A stretch of DNA of 64,000 bases, from contig JANLSU010000067.1 in NCBI GenBank assembly GCA_031362565.1, positions 1-64,000 of the forward strand. The letters run 5' to 3'. The notes under the pieces are model-generated. The model ran no database searches. It was given only the letters and a program-made list of their open reading frames with translations, and was not told the origin of the DNA. Below are positions 1-8,587 of this stretch, one piece after another. This stretch comes from a bacterium (GTDB taxonomy: Bacteria > Krumholzibacteriota > Krumholzibacteriia > G020349025). The translations under genes were made by a program, and so were the position numbers. Position 1 is the stretch's first letter. Each line of letters opens with the position of its first letter.

Positions 1-1153
1 GGGCAAGCCACATTCCGACCGCCATGCCGGACTTCGACACCGGATCGCGGTGAATGCGCTCGTTAATACCGGAATCGAGGTGGGTCACCGCGATCCCGTA
101 GACGGCGGCTGCGAGCGTGAACGGCACGGCAAACGAGCGCAGGTGTTCCAGTCGTTGCATCGAGAGCGCGGCCATCAAGCAGAGAAGCGGCAGAATCGGC
201 GCAAAGAACCGGAACGCGGGCATGCTGTCGCCGCCGACGAGGACCACGTACAGCATGTATGCACCGCAGAGGAGTGGTAGAACACGGCCACCCGAGTCGC
301 GCTGGGCCCAGCGGCCTCGCACGAGAACTGCGACGGTGGGAAGAAGCACCAGCGCCGCCGGGATCAGGAAGCGCAAGGTGTACACGGCGCCGTTTTCGAT
401 CTGCAGCGCCGTCCCGCCGACCTTGGCGTAGAAGGTGTTCGGCAGCGGATAGCCGTAATACGAGAGCCGCCAGAGGAAGTGCGGCAACACGATCGCGGTG
501 AATGCGGCGAGGGCGACACTGGTTCGAGCCGGGGTGCGGCGCCACGTGCACAGCGTGAGATCGAGCGCCAGCACGCCGAAGACGAGCAAGCCTTCGGGGC
601 GCGCCAGAACCAGCAGGCCTCCGAGGAGGACCGGGCCGAGCAGGCCGCTACTCAGCGCGAGCCCGCCCGCCGGCGCCGGCTCGGGCGCCCGCGAGAGGCG
701 AGCGTGCAGCAGCATGCACGTCGCCACGAGGAAAGCAAAGAGCGCGACGTCCATGCCGGTCAGCGACCACGCTGTGAACACGCCGCACGTGCCAAGGAGC
801 AACGCGGCCAAGCGCGTGGTGCGGGCCTCGGCGCCTGGAATCCATCGATGTGCGAGTGCCACCGCGACGAGTGTTGCCGCCGCGAACCCGAACCCCAACA
901 CGCGCGCCAGTATCACGGTGTCCGCACCGAGCTTGCGCCCGAGTGCCAACACCGCGACCCACAGGAACGACGTGTAGCCCTCGACGTGCTCGCCGGCGTT
1001 GTACACCGGGCCGACTCCGGCGGCGAAGTTGTCGGCATAGCGGAAGAAAATGAACGCGTCGTCCAGCATCCAGCCGGAAATCCTCCAGGCGTGCGCTGCC
1101 ATGGCGAGCAAGCCTGCCGGCAGCGCCCACCGCGCGCGTTCGAGAAGAGACAT
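1..1153 (-). CDS. Polytopic membrane glycosyltransferase-like protein (GT-C fold-like), 3' end runs off the window
   Basis: Translated by hand from ATG at 1153: [65 protein letters not shown]...[19 protein letters not shown]. Absent from the ORF track because it has no stop in the window. Paralog of 28120-29844. Confidence 0.8.
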   Translation of the reverse strand, partial: MSLLERARWALPAGLLAMAAHAWRISGWMLDDAFIFFRYADNFAAGVGPVYNAGEHVEGYTSFLWVAVLALGRKLGADTVILARVLGFGFAAATLVAVALAHRWIPGAEARTTRLAALLLGTCGVFTAWSLTGMDVALFAFLVATCMLLHARLSRAPEPAPAGGLALSSGLLGPVLLGGLLVLARPEGLLVFGVLALDLTLCTWRRTPARTSVALAAFTAIVLPHFLWRLSYYGYPLPNTFYAKVGGTALQIENGAVYTLRFLIPAALVLLPTVAVLVRGRWAQRDSGGRVLPLLCGAYMLYVVLVGGDSMPAFRFFAPILPLLCLMAALSMQRLEHLRSFAVPFTLAAAVYGIAVTHLDSGINERIHRDPVSKSGMAVGMWLA

Positions 1154-1248
1154 CGCGCGTCACGCCCCCGCAGAACCTTCAGGTCAGAATGGCACGTTGG
1201 AACCGGCAGAGGGGAAATTCCGCTATCGGCGACCAAGTTGCACGCCGA

Positions 1249-3018
1249 CTACTTGACCAGTGTTGCCGTCCGTGCCGCCACCATCTCGCCATCGACGAAG
1301 AGCCGATAGAGATACGTGCCGCTCGCCGCTGCCGTACCGCTCGCGAGCTTGCCATCCCACGTGTAGCGATGTGTGCCGGCGGGCAGGAGCGCATCGACGA
1401 GGCGCTTCAAACGCCGGCCGCGAACGTCGAAGAGATCGAGGCGCACATTCCCCGCACGCGGCAAGTCGAAGGCGATCGTCGTGCGCGGGTTGAACGGGTT
1501 CGGTGTGCTGGCATAGAGGGTGGCGCGTGGCGCGGGTGGCGCGCTCCCGGCGTCCGTCACCGGAGCCTGGTAATACTCCCGAATCTCGTCGACGCTGATG
1601 TGCTTCTTCGGCGATTGATCGACGATCGCGAGAAACACGAGCGAGTCGGTCCAGGCCGACACATCCCACAGTTGCTCGGCCATCGTTTCGATACCGCCTT
1701 CGGGGCCCGTCGACGCCATGCGCAACACGCTGTCGGCCGCGGTGTACAAACCGAGGAACTCGAAGTCGATATCGGCGTGGCCCGCGATCCGGAACGCGAT
1801 GCGATTGCCGGTGAGCGTGAACGGCGCGGTACGGATTTCGCCGACCGGCGTGTCGCCGGCAATGTCGCCGGGCAGGCCGCTCTGCAGGGGCCCGGTCCAG
1901 CGTTCGTACGTGCCGATCCATGAGTTGCCGCCGAAGTTGCTCGGAGCGCCGCCGCGTGCCAGCGGGTTGTCCCAGAACGTCGGCTGGAATGCGAACGCGG
2001 TTCCCCCGGGAAGGCGCGTCCAGCCCTCGATCCCGACCTGGATCACGGTCGGTTTGGAAGGCGTGTTCCAGCGCATCTCGTCGAACTTGATGACGTAGAA
2101 AGGCGAGCCCAAAAAGGGGAGCGCCGCGTGGCGCGACAGATACCACTTCGTACCGAACTGGTTCAGTTCGATGGCGCGCCCGGCGTCGAAGTACACTTTC
2201 TGGGCGTAGTCCCAGGGGCCGAGCAAGCTCGCCGATGATAGATACGAAGTGCTCGGCACATTCTCTTCATTGAAGAAGAGGTGATAGCGGCCGTTCACCG
2301 CATGCAACTGTGGCGACTCCAGGACATGCCACGCCTGCGGTCCGGGATGCACCAAGAGCGGGCCTACATCCGTCCAATCGAACAGATCGGTGGAGACGGC
2401 GTGCGACAGCGCACCTTGCTGATTGCGGGTCCATGCGGTCGTCAGCATGTGCCACAAAGCATCTTTGTTGTCGTAGAACACGTAGGAATCGCGGCAATTC
2501 GAATACGTGGTGTCGCTCCACGCGGCCCAGGTCGTGTCCGGCCGGTACACCGGGTTCAGGGACGACTTGCTCCAATTGTAGAGATCGTTGCTGATCGCGA
2601 TGCCGATCTGCTGCGACCAGACATGGTTCACGCCCGTGTAGTACATGTAGTACACCGGCGCCATCGAATCCGTCGATGCTTGCACGACATGCGGCGCCCA
2701 GATGTATGTGTCTTCCCAGGAATTCGGCACGGTGTGGATGACGTCGGGGCGAAAGGTCCAGTGCTTGAGATCCATCGAGGTCGCATGCCCCAGCGACTTG
2801 GCCGTCTCGCCCTCCGGGACCGATTGGTCGGCCTTGATATAGAACAGGTGAAACGTGTCGCCCACCGCCTGCACGAGCGAGTGGTCCTTGACGATGAAAC
2901 CCGGCTGGACGAGATAGCGTTGGTCGAAATCGAAGGTTTTGAACGCAACGGATGGCCGCGGTGCGACCGCGGCTGCGAGGAGCCCGGCGAGAGCCAGGAA
3001 CGGCACGGTTCGACGCAA
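1249..3018 (-). CDS. Secreted five-bladed beta-propeller glycoside hydrolase (GH32/GH43-like) with beta-sandwich and C-terminal FlgD-Ig/T9SS-type domain
   Basis: Signal peptide; propeller motifs KDHS, WAPHV, CRDSYV, LESPQL; C-terminus PNPFNPRTTIAF...WDGK...SGTYLYRL...TATLVK. Confidence 0.75.
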   Translation of the reverse strand: MRRTVPFLALAGLLAAAVAPRPSVAFKTFDFDQRYLVQPGFIVKDHSLVQAVGDTFHLFYIKADQSVPEGETAKSLGHATSMDLKHWTFRPDVIHTVPNSWEDTYIWAPHVVQASTDSMAPVYYMYYTGVNHVWSQQIGIAISNDLYNWSKSSLNPVYRPDTTWAAWSDTTYSNCRDSYVFYDNKDALWHMLTTAWTRNQQGALSHAVSTDLFDWTDVGPLLVHPGPQAWHVLESPQLHAVNGRYHLFFNEENVPSTSYLSSASLLGPWDYAQKVYFDAGRAIELNQFGTKWYLSRHAALPFLGSPFYVIKFDEMRWNTPSKPTVIQVGIEGWTRLPGGTAFAFQPTFWDNPLARGGAPSNFGGNSWIGTYERWTGPLQSGLPGDIAGDTPVGEIRTAPFTLTGNRIAFRIAGHADIDFEFLGLYTAADSVLRMASTGPEGGIETMAEQLWDVSAWTDSLVFLAIVDQSPKKHISVDEIREYYQAPVTDAGSAPPAPRATLYASTPNPFNPRTTIAFDLPRAGNVRLDLFDVRGRRLKRLVDALLPAGTHRYTWDGKLASGTAAASGTYLYRLFVDGEMVAARTATLVK

Positions 3019-3298
3019 GCTCCCACTCCAGTGGTGTCATCGCAAAGAAGCCTTGGGGCCATGCGAACGCACCGGCGCGTGGGGGGGCAGGCGGTCCCCT
3101 CGACCCGCGGGTCCGATCGCACGATGCCCATAACTTTACACGTTGGGTCCGGGAGGACACAACGGGCCGGGGGGGCCTCCAACGCGCTTTGGGTGCCCGG
3201 CGCGCCGTGTGCGCGCCCAAACCCGGGGCCGGCCGCGTGTATCATCCCCGCCGTTCGACCCCTTGGTGCCAAAGAACTCGAGAAGGCGAGCCCTGCGC

Positions 3299-6200
3299 AT
3301 GCGACTCGACGGCTCCCAGCTGACTGTTTCGGCAACCGATCTTGCCAATCACCTGGGGTGCCGGCATCTGTCGACGCTCGACCGGGCCGAGGCGGAGCAC
3401 CGGATTCGGTCGCCCGTGTTCAACGATCCGGCGCTTGCGGTTCTGATCCAGCGTGGATTCGAGCATGAGCGGGCGTATCTCGAGTACCTCGGCAGCCTGG
3501 GGCTGGGTGTCGAGCGGATCGAAAAGGATGACGTGGCGAGCGGCGTCACGGGTGGTGCCGATCGTACGGCGGCGGCGATGCGCGCCGGCCGGGACCTCAT
3601 CGTCCAGGCCCAGCTCACGAGCGGGCGCTGGCACGGTCGCGCCGACATCCTGCGGCGTGTGGCGCATCCGAGCGCGCTTGGCGCCTGGTCCTACGAGGTC
3701 GTCGACACCAAGCTGGCCCGGGAAACTCGCGCCGGCACGATTCTGCAGCTCTGCCTCTACTCCGAAGTCGTTGCCGAGCTGCAGGGCGAGCTGCCGGTGG
3801 CGATGCATGTCGTGTCGCCGGCGCGCGAGGATATCCACGCTCCCACGCCCGCTCCCGCCGTGGGCACCGGTGGCTTTGGAGTCGAGTCGTTCCGGGTCCA
3901 CGACTACCTCGCGTATTACCGCCTCGTGAAAAGCCGCTTGCAGGTGGCGGTAGATCGAGCGGTGGATGATGCGGCCGCGGTCACGTATCCGGATCCCGTC
4001 CCGCAGTGCGACATCTGCCGCTGGTGGTCGCAGTGCGACCGCCGGCGCCGCAACGATGATCACTTGTCGCTCGTCGCCGGCATCACGCGCTTGCAAAGGC
4101 GTGAGCTGCAACACTGGGATGTGGACACATTGGCACGGCTGGCGGTGCTGCCGGTGCCGCTCGAGCACGCGCCGCGCCGTGGCACACCGGAGTCCTACGT
4201 GCGCGTGCGTGAGCAAGCGCGCGTTCAATACGAGGGGCGCGAGAAGAGCGCGCCCATTCACGAATTGCTGCCGCGCGAACCTGGGTTTGGTTTCGCACGA
4301 CTGCCCGAGCCGTCGCCCGGCGATCTCTTCTTCGATGTCGAAGGCGATCCATTTGTGGGGACGGCAGGGCTCGAATATTTGCTGGGTTGCGTCGAGGTGC
4401 TGGCCGAGGGTGGCGGGCTGAGATACGAAGGCCGCTGGGCGTTCGATGCGGCAGGCGAGCGCGCGGCGTTCGAAGGCTTCATCGATGACGTCATGGCGCG
4501 GTGGGCGCGCGACCCCGGCTTGCACATCTACCACTTCACGCCGTACGACCCGAGTGCTCTCAAGCGGCTCATGGGGCGTTATGCGACGCGCGTCGACGAG
4601 ATGGATCGCATGCTGCGGGCGGGTGTTTTCGTCGATCTGCACGCCATTGTGCGGCAGGCGCTGCGAGCGAGCGTCGAACAGTATTCGCTGAAAGGGCTCG
4701 AAGCCTTCTATGGCTACGTGCGCGCGACGCCGCTCACGGATGCCGCGTTGCACAAGCGGGCACTGGAGCAGGCGTTGGAGCTGGCGTTTCGCACCGATGT
4801 GACGGAAATCATGCAGCGCGTCGTCCAGGATTACAACCGCGAGGACTGCGAGTCGACGCTCCGGCTGCGCAACTGGCTCGAAGCGTTGCGCGCCGAGTGC
4901 GTGGCGGCGGGCGAGACGATCGACCGCCCGGCCGTGAAGGCGGGCGACGCGAGCGACAAGGTCAAGGAAGACGTGGAGCGGCGCCGGGCACTTGCGGCGC
5001 GGCTCTTGGAGGGAGTGCCCGACGACGCTGCGGCGCGCACACCCGAGCAGCAGGCGCTGTGGATCTTGGCGCAACTCCTCGAGTACCACGACCGCGAGGC
5101 GAAAGTCGTGTGGTGGGAGTTCTTCCGCCTGCGCGATCTCGCGCCGGAGGATCTGGTGGGTGAACGCAGTGGGCTGGGCGGGCTCGAGTTCGTGGAGGAT
5201 CGGGGGCCGGAGAAGCGGAGCCGCGTGCACCGCTATCGCTTCCCAAGGCAAGTCACCGACCTGCGTCCCGGCAAGAAACTGTGTTCGGGGGACGCATTCG
5301 GAACCTCCGAAGAAACGAACAACAAGGTTGGCGAGGTGCATGCAATCGATCTGCATGCGGGCACGATCGACATCAAGAAGGCGGCCAAGGCGGTCGGTGT
5401 GCATCCGAAATCGGTGTTTGAGTTCTCAGAGGTCTCTGCGGAGGCCCTCGCGGAGTCGCTCTTCCGGTTGAGCGAATGGGTGGCAGAGAACGGTATCGAT
5501 GGCGATGGGCTGTATCGCGCTGGCCGCGATCTCTTGCTGCGGCGCCCACCGCGCCTCGAGCGCGAGGTTGGGCGGCTGCAGCGGGATGGCGAGGCGACGT
5601 TGGATGCAGCACGGCGGCTGGCAGGCGAGCTGGCGGGTGGCGTGCTGCCAATCCAAGGCCCGCCCGGCGCCGGAAAGACCTACACCGGTGCACGCATGAT
5701 CGTCGATCTCGTGCGACAGGGGCGTCGGGTCGGCATCACGGCCGTGAGCCACAAAGTGATCCGCAATTTGCTCGATGAGGTGGTGGCGGCTGCACAGACA
5801 GAGAAAATGGATGTGCAGTGCGCGCAAAAAATCCGCAAGGGTGATCCGGTCATCGAAGCGCCGCACATTCGGCAGCTGACGGAGTCGGAAGATATTCTCG
5901 CCGACCTCCAAACCGGCGCCGCGCAGGTCGCCGCTGGCACCGCATGGCTTTGGGCAACTCCCGAGTTCGTCGGATCGATCGACGTGCTCTTCGTCGACGA
6001 GGCCGGCCAGATGGCTCTCGCGCCGGTGCTCTCGGCCGCGCCAGCCGCGCGCAACATCGTGCTTCTCGGCGATCCGCAACAACTCGAGCAGCCGCAGAAG
6101 GGTTCACACCCGGAGGGTACCGAGGTGTCGGCGCTCGAACACCTGCTGGGCGGCGGACAGACGATCGAGAGTGATCGCGGACTCTTTCTGGGCGAGACGT

Positions 6201-6799
6201 GGCGGTTGCATCCGGCAATCTGCGCGTTCACGTCGGAACTGTTCTATGAGGATCGACTGAAGCCAATTGCGGGACTCGAGCGGCAGGCGATCACGGGTCC
6301 AACGCGGTTCGCGGGGACGGGACTGTGGTTCGAGCCGGTTGAGCACGAGGGCAACCAGAGTTCGGCGCCGGAAGAGGTCGAACGCGTCGCCGAGATCGTG
6401 GGGGAGCTGACGCGTGGTGGCGTGCAGTGGGTCGATCGGCATGGCGTGGCGCGTTCGCTGACGCTCGAGGAGATCTTGATCGTCGCCCCATACAACGCCC
6501 AGGTGGCCGACTTGGAATCGCGCCTGCCGGGCGCCCAGGTTGGAACGGTCGACAAATTCCAAGGCCGGGAAGCCCCGGTCGTCATTTACTCGATGGCCAC
6601 GTCCAATCCGGAGGACGCCCCGCGGGGGATGGAATTCCTGTACAGCCTGAACCGGCTGAATGTGGCGACGTCGCGGGCCCGGTGCGCCGCCATCCTGGTC
6701 GCCAGCCCGCGGCTCTTCGACCCGGAGTGCCGGTCGCCGCGGCAGATGCAGCTCGCGAATGCGTACTGCCGGTACTTGGAACTCGCCCGGGTGGTGTGA
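3299..6799 (+). CDS. TM0106-family RecB-like nuclease fused to RNase H-like domain and SF1 (DNA2/NAM7-like) helicase
   Basis: SATDL...GC start; PD-(D/E)xK-like GRADIL...VVDTKL, QLCLY; CDICRWWSQC; LFFDVEG; Walker A QGPPGAGKT; DEAGQ; GDPQQL; GTVDKFQGRE; RLNVATSRA. ATG at 3299 preferred over the ORF-track start 3143. Confidence 0.85.
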   Translation: MRLDGSQLTVSATDLANHLGCRHLSTLDRAEAEHRIRSPVFNDPALAVLIQRGFEHERAYLEYLGSLGLGVERIEKDDVASGVTGGADRTAAAMRAGRDLIVQAQLTSGRWHGRADILRRVAHPSALGAWSYEVVDTKLARETRAGTILQLCLYSEVVAELQGELPVAMHVVSPAREDIHAPTPAPAVGTGGFGVESFRVHDYLAYYRLVKSRLQVAVDRAVDDAAAVTYPDPVPQCDICRWWSQCDRRRRNDDHLSLVAGITRLQRRELQHWDVDTLARLAVLPVPLEHAPRRGTPESYVRVREQARVQYEGREKSAPIHELLPREPGFGFARLPEPSPGDLFFDVEGDPFVGTAGLEYLLGCVEVLAEGGGLRYEGRWAFDAAGERAAFEGFIDDVMARWARDPGLHIYHFTPYDPSALKRLMGRYATRVDEMDRMLRAGVFVDLHAIVRQALRASVEQYSLKGLEAFYGYVRATPLTDAALHKRALEQALELAFRTDVTEIMQRVVQDYNREDCESTLRLRNWLEALRAECVAAGETIDRPAVKAGDASDKVKEDVERRRALAARLLEGVPDDAAARTPEQQALWILAQLLEYHDREAKVVWWEFFRLRDLAPEDLVGERSGLGGLEFVEDRGPEKRSRVHRYRFPRQVTDLRPGKKLCSGDAFGTSEETNNKVGEVHAIDLHAGTIDIKKAAKAVGVHPKSVFEFSEVSAEALAESLFRLSEWVAENGIDGDGLYRAGRDLLLRRPPRLEREVGRLQRDGEATLDAARRLAGELAGGVLPIQGPPGAGKTYTGARMIVDLVRQGRRVGITAVSHKVIRNLLDEVVAAAQTEKMDVQCAQKIRKGDPVIEAPHIRQLTESEDILADLQTGAAQVAAGTAWLWATPEFVGSIDVLFVDEAGQMALAPVLSAAPAARNIVLLGDPQQLEQPQKGSHPEGTEVSALEHLLGGGQTIESDRGLFLGETWRLHPAICAFTSELFYEDRLKPIAGLERQAITGPTRFAGTGLWFEPVEHEGNQSSAPEEVERVAEIVGELTRGGVQWVDRHGVARSLTLEEILIVAPYNAQVADLESRLPGAQVGTVDKFQGREAPVVIYSMATSNPEDAPRGMEFLYSLNRLNVATSRARCAAILVASPRLFDPECRSPRQMQLANAYCRYLELARVV

Positions 6800-7052
6800 G
6801 GCCCCGGGCGTGCCGAGGTAACACCGAGGCCCAGCCGCGCCACGCCCGCGCCGCGCGCCGATCCGCCGAGACTTTTCTCCCCGTCAACGAAGATGACACT
6901 TCGCCATCAACATCCTGGACAAAACGAGGGCGCTCAACCGTGGCACGCGCGCCTGCGGCGTCGCCGCGCGATGACTCTCCACATTCGTAGCAGTAGTGGA
7001 ATCAAGCCAATTGGCGATCACTGCCGAATCCAGCGCGTGCGGCTCAAATGTC

Positions 7053-7068
7053 AGGCACGGTTTGCGCA
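7053..7068 (+). promoter_or_regulatory. Candidate sigma-54 (-24/-12) promoter
   Basis: AGGCACGGTTTGCGCA: GG-N10-GC spacing with a GGCACG -24 box, about 125 nt upstream of ATG 7192. The -12 box (GCGCA) departs from TTGCA. Confidence 0.4.
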
Positions 7069-7191
7069 GTCCCGCATGACTCAGTCCGAAGACGGTTGCG
7101 AGATTCGAGGATGGGCGCGGAGGAGTGATGCGTGCTCCCCGTCCCCCGACCCGCACCGGCGCGCAAGAAAATAGACAGATGGAGGTCGACC

Positions 7192-7548
7192 ATGAAGCGA
7201 CTCATTCACCTCAGCGCATGCGTGTTGCTGGCAACGAGTGTCGTGTCAACGCAGGCCCGTGCGAATCCGAGCGTATTCGACACGCCACATGCCGGCGGCT
7301 CGGGACCCGGCGATGATGACATTCCGCTGGTAGGTTCACCGGGTACGCCCGTCGCGATCACCATCGCTCATCGCGTGGATCGGCAGGCGCCGCCGACCAG
7401 GCAAACGGTCGAAATGCCGCAGGAACCAGTGCAGTCGAGTTTCGTGGTTGTCGTCGCTGGGTGGTTCGAAGTTCTCCGGCATTGTTTCCGATTCATCAAT
7501 CCTGCCACCGCGAACGTGGGCGACGACGCAGCCTCAAGGCCGAGATGA
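7192..7548 (+). CDS. Small secreted protein 1 (PGDDDxPL motif family), 118 aa
   Basis: GGAGG RBS at 7181; Sec signal MKRLIHLSACVLLATSVVSTQARA; motif FDTPHAGGSGPGDDDIPL; C-terminal SSFVVVVAGWFEVLR. Confidence 0.8.
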   Translation: MKRLIHLSACVLLATSVVSTQARANPSVFDTPHAGGSGPGDDDIPLVGSPGTPVAITIAHRVDRQAPPTRQTVEMPQEPVQSSFVVVVAGWFEVLRHCFRFINPATANVGDDAASRPR

Positions 7549-7640
7549 GAAGCATGCCGCCGGCCGCGCACGCATTCGTGACCGAGCAGAAGAACCGACT
7601 ACATCCGGCGCTTTCATGCGTCATAGTTAGTCCGGGAAGG

Positions 7641-7973
7641 ATGTCTCGATTGGTTCTAGTCACCGCCTGCGCCCTGTTGGCGATCGGGGTTCTGCCAGTA
7701 AGCGCGTCAACGATTCCGAAGGAATTTGACGCTCCCAATGAGAGCGGTTCTGCTCCCGGCGACGACGACGACCCCTTGTCGCTCGGTTTGCCGGATGCGC
7801 CCGACGCGATCACCTCGACTCGACGCGTTGAGCCGCAGTCGATTGCGAACGAAGCCTTTGAAGGAGTGCCGCGCTTGTCAGTTCGGTCCAGTTTCGCGGC
7901 GGCGGTTGCCTGGTGGTTTGATGTCCTCCGCCAAGGGCGCCCGAAGAATCGCCGGGTGGACCAGGCGAAGTGA
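7641..7973 (+). CDS. Small secreted protein 2 (PGDDDxPL motif family), 110 aa
   Basis: Signal MSRLVLVTACALLAIGVLPVSA; motif FDAPNESGSAPGDDDDPL; C-terminal SSFAAAVAWWFDVLR; aligns along its length with protein 1. Start codon less certain. Confidence 0.75.
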   Translation: MSRLVLVTACALLAIGVLPVSASTIPKEFDAPNESGSAPGDDDDPLSLGLPDAPDAITSTRRVEPQSIANEAFEGVPRLSVRSSFAAAVAWWFDVLRQGRPKNRRVDQAK

Positions 7974-8106
7974 CTCATCGCCCGTTCCCGCTTTGACTGA
8001 GGGGGAGAATGCTGGCGGGGCGCCACCCGTCCCGCCAGCTCCGCGTCCGGCCGGCGCACGGGGTGCGCCGCTCGCGGATCCGCAGTCCCGCCGCTGCCCG
8101 ACGGCC

Positions 8107-8136
8107 TTGACCCGACCCATGCCTCAGGTGTAAAAC
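8107..8136 (+). promoter_or_regulatory. Candidate sigma-70 promoter for small protein 3 and the activator
   Basis: TTGACC-N18-TAAAAC. Confidence 0.3.
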
Positions 8137-8239
8137 CAAACCACCTCTGCTAGATTGCCGGGCGGCGCAGCCGTCCCGACCTGTTTTTGTTGGGTTGGCC
8201 TTGGGTGGTCGTGCGGTGGACGCACGGGAGGTAGGTTTC

Positions 8240-8581
8240 ATGAAACGGTTCATTCTGCTCGTCCTTTGCGCCCTGCTGCTCGGAGCGGTCGCTCCGGTGC
8301 GCGGGTGGGCGGGTCGGCTGGAATATGACATTCCGCCGGGACAGAGCTCCGCGCCTGGGGATGATGACACGCCTTTGCCGCTGCGCGCGCCAGATGACGA
8401 GGTTGTTCGCGTCGGCCATCCACGCAATGCCCCGGCCGGAAGCCACACTGCCGGTCCTCGTGAACAGCCAGCGATTCGAGCGTTCTGGACGGACCACATT
8501 AGTGGTGTTCAGATTGAAAACGTGCTCAGGTTTTGGCGCCACGTGTTCGATAAACAGCAGATCCGCATTCCGAAGGGTTAG
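8240..8581 (+). CDS. Small secreted protein 3 (PGDDDxPL motif family), 113 aa
   Basis: GGAGGT RBS at 8227; signal MKRFILLVLCALLLGAVAPVRGWA; motif YDIPPGQSSAPGDDDTPL; Trp-rich C-terminus VLRFWRHVF. Confidence 0.8.
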   Translation: MKRFILLVLCALLLGAVAPVRGWAGRLEYDIPPGQSSAPGDDDTPLPLRAPDDEVVRVGHPRNAPAGSHTAGPREQPAIRAFWTDHISGVQIENVLRFWRHVFDKQQIRIPKG

Positions 8582-8587
8582 GCCAGC

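Noticed and set aside
3299..4050. Cas4/CRISPR adaptation gene
   Set aside because: The Cas4-like nuclease is part of a TM0106-type helicase fusion, and no cas1, cas2 or array is present.
6941..6956. TGGCACGCGCGCCTGC as a sigma-54 promoter
   Set aside because: GG-to-GC spacing is 11 nt, not the required 10.
7192..8581. Small proteins as RiPP precursors
   Set aside because: No radical SAM, YcaO, lanthipeptide, ATP-grasp, peptidase or transporter gene is adjacent, and the leaders look like Sec signals. Modification in trans cannot be excluded.
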